This document shows positions 31,283 through 32,000 of a stretch of 32,000 nucleotides of DNA, piece by piece (the first letter of the stretch is position 1; each line of letters starts with the position of its first letter). A program made the position numbers and the translations under genes. The notes under the pieces are model-generated. The model was not told where the DNA came from and did no database searches. It was given only the letters and a program-made list of their open reading frames with translations. Origin of the DNA: Xanthomonas campestris pv. campestris str. ATCC 33913 (lineage in GTDB: Bacteria; Pseudomonadota; Gammaproteobacteria; Xanthomonadales; Xanthomonadaceae); contig NC_003902.1 in NCBI RefSeq assembly GCF_000007145.1, forward strand, positions 5,033,426 to 5,065,425, written 5' to 3'.

Positions 31283-32000
31283 ATGCCGCAGCGCCGTGCT
31301 CGCTCGTTCCATCGGACGCTGACTGGCGCCGCAATTGCCACATTGTTGATCGGCAGCGGCCTGGCGAGTGCGCGGGAGAAGCCTGCCTCCGCAGGTTCGG
31401 TGATTGCTACCGACGCACGTGGTTATCTGCAGAAAGAGCAATTGCCCGACAGCCTGCAGCTGGTTCCGCCACCGCCGCAGGATGGCAGCGCCGCGCTCGC
31501 CAACGACGAGGCAGTGGCCAAGGCGATGCTGCAACTACGCGGCACACCACGCTGGGACCTGGCCACGCGCGACGCCGCGCTGGGCTTCCCGGCGGCGGTT
31601 GGCCACTTCAGCTGCGCATTGGGCGTGCAGATCGACCAGGCCACGACGCCACACCTGCTGCGCCTGCTCGAACGCAGCCTGCGCGATGCCAGCACCAGCA
31701 CCAGTGCGGCCAAGGGGCGCTACCAACGCCCGCGCCCGTTCATGCGCAACAATCAACCGATGTGCACCCCGGCCGACGACGACAGCCTACGCAAGAACGG
31801 CTCCTACCCGTCCGGTCACACCGCCATCGGCTGGAGCTGGGGCCTGATCCTGGCCGAACTGGCACCGGCCAGGCGCGATGCCCTGCTCGCTCGCGGCCGC
31901 GCCTTCGGCGACAGCCGCCTGGTCTGCAACGTGCACTGGCAAAGCGACGTCCTGCAGGGCCGCATCATGGGCGCCGCCACCGTCGCGGCACTGCATGGCA
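31283..32000 (+). CDS. Class A non-specific acid phosphatase (PAP2 family), 5' part; continues beyond right edge
   Basis: Not in the ORF track because there is no stop in the window. My translation from ATG 31283 reads MPQRRARSFHRTLTGAAIATLLIGSGLASA... and contains the three PAP2 motifs KGRYQRPRPF, YPSGHT and SRLVCNVHWQSDV. It stays open to position 32000. Confidence 0.85.
   Translation, partial: MPQRRARSFHRTLTGAAIATLLIGSGLASAREKPASAGSVIATDARGYLQKEQLPDSLQLVPPPPQDGSAALANDEAVAKAMLQLRGTPRWDLATRDAALGFPAAVGHFSCALGVQIDQATTPHLLRLLERSLRDASTSTSAAKGRYQRPRPFMRNNQPMCTPADDDSLRKNGSYPSGHTAIGWSWGLILAELAPARRDALLARGRAFGDSRLVCNVHWQSDVLQGRIMGAATVAALHG

Overview
High-GC chromosomal segment (roughly two-thirds G+C by eye) with the hallmarks of a Xanthomonas-type (Xanthomonadaceae) genome: TonB-dependent receptors next to hydrolases, GTAG-type REP palindromes and GGGATTC-type heptad tracts. 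I call 21 protein-coding genes, two of them cut by the window edges. In order: rmuC-like (partial); MDR oxidoreductase, divergent from a LysR regulator; KTSC-like small protein; small membrane protein; APC amino-acid permease; TonB-dependent receptor then GH92 alpha-mannosidase (minus strand); DUF2628-like membrane protein; MFS (ACS/TtuB-like) transporter, glycerate kinase, CdaR regulator and GAF-PAS-PAS-GGDEF cyclase (all minus strand); secreted M19 dipeptidase, divergent from a secreted HExxH/beta-helix protein; small membrane protein; RlmI; a yybP-ykoY (Mn2+) riboswitch followed by alx/TerC; rhomboid protease; GlpQ; a second TonB-dependent receptor, divergent from a class A acid phosphatase (partial). 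I saw no rRNA, tRNA, CRISPR, transposase, integrase, phage or recognisable defence genes. I did not find a convincing new multi-gene system. The signals most worth a second look are non-coding: (i) a four-G-tract heptad motif at the 3' end of three unrelated genes, always G-rich on the sense strand (G-quadruplex pattern); (ii) phased Pho-box-like heptads in the divergent promoter between the second TonB-dependent receptor and the acid phosphatase, suggesting a Pi-starvation module with GlpQ; (iii) two separate partial tandem duplications of gene 3' ends, one of them bounded by near-identical REP palindromes; (iv) a 48-bp palindromic element present once intact and once carrying a nested 87-bp insertion flanked by an 8-bp direct repeat; (v) the Mn2+ riboswitch, whose 3' P1 strand is shared with a perfect 10-bp hairpin. 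All calls come from reading the sequence and the ORF translations. No database search was run, family names are from recall, and hand-located motif coordinates may be off by 1-2 nt.
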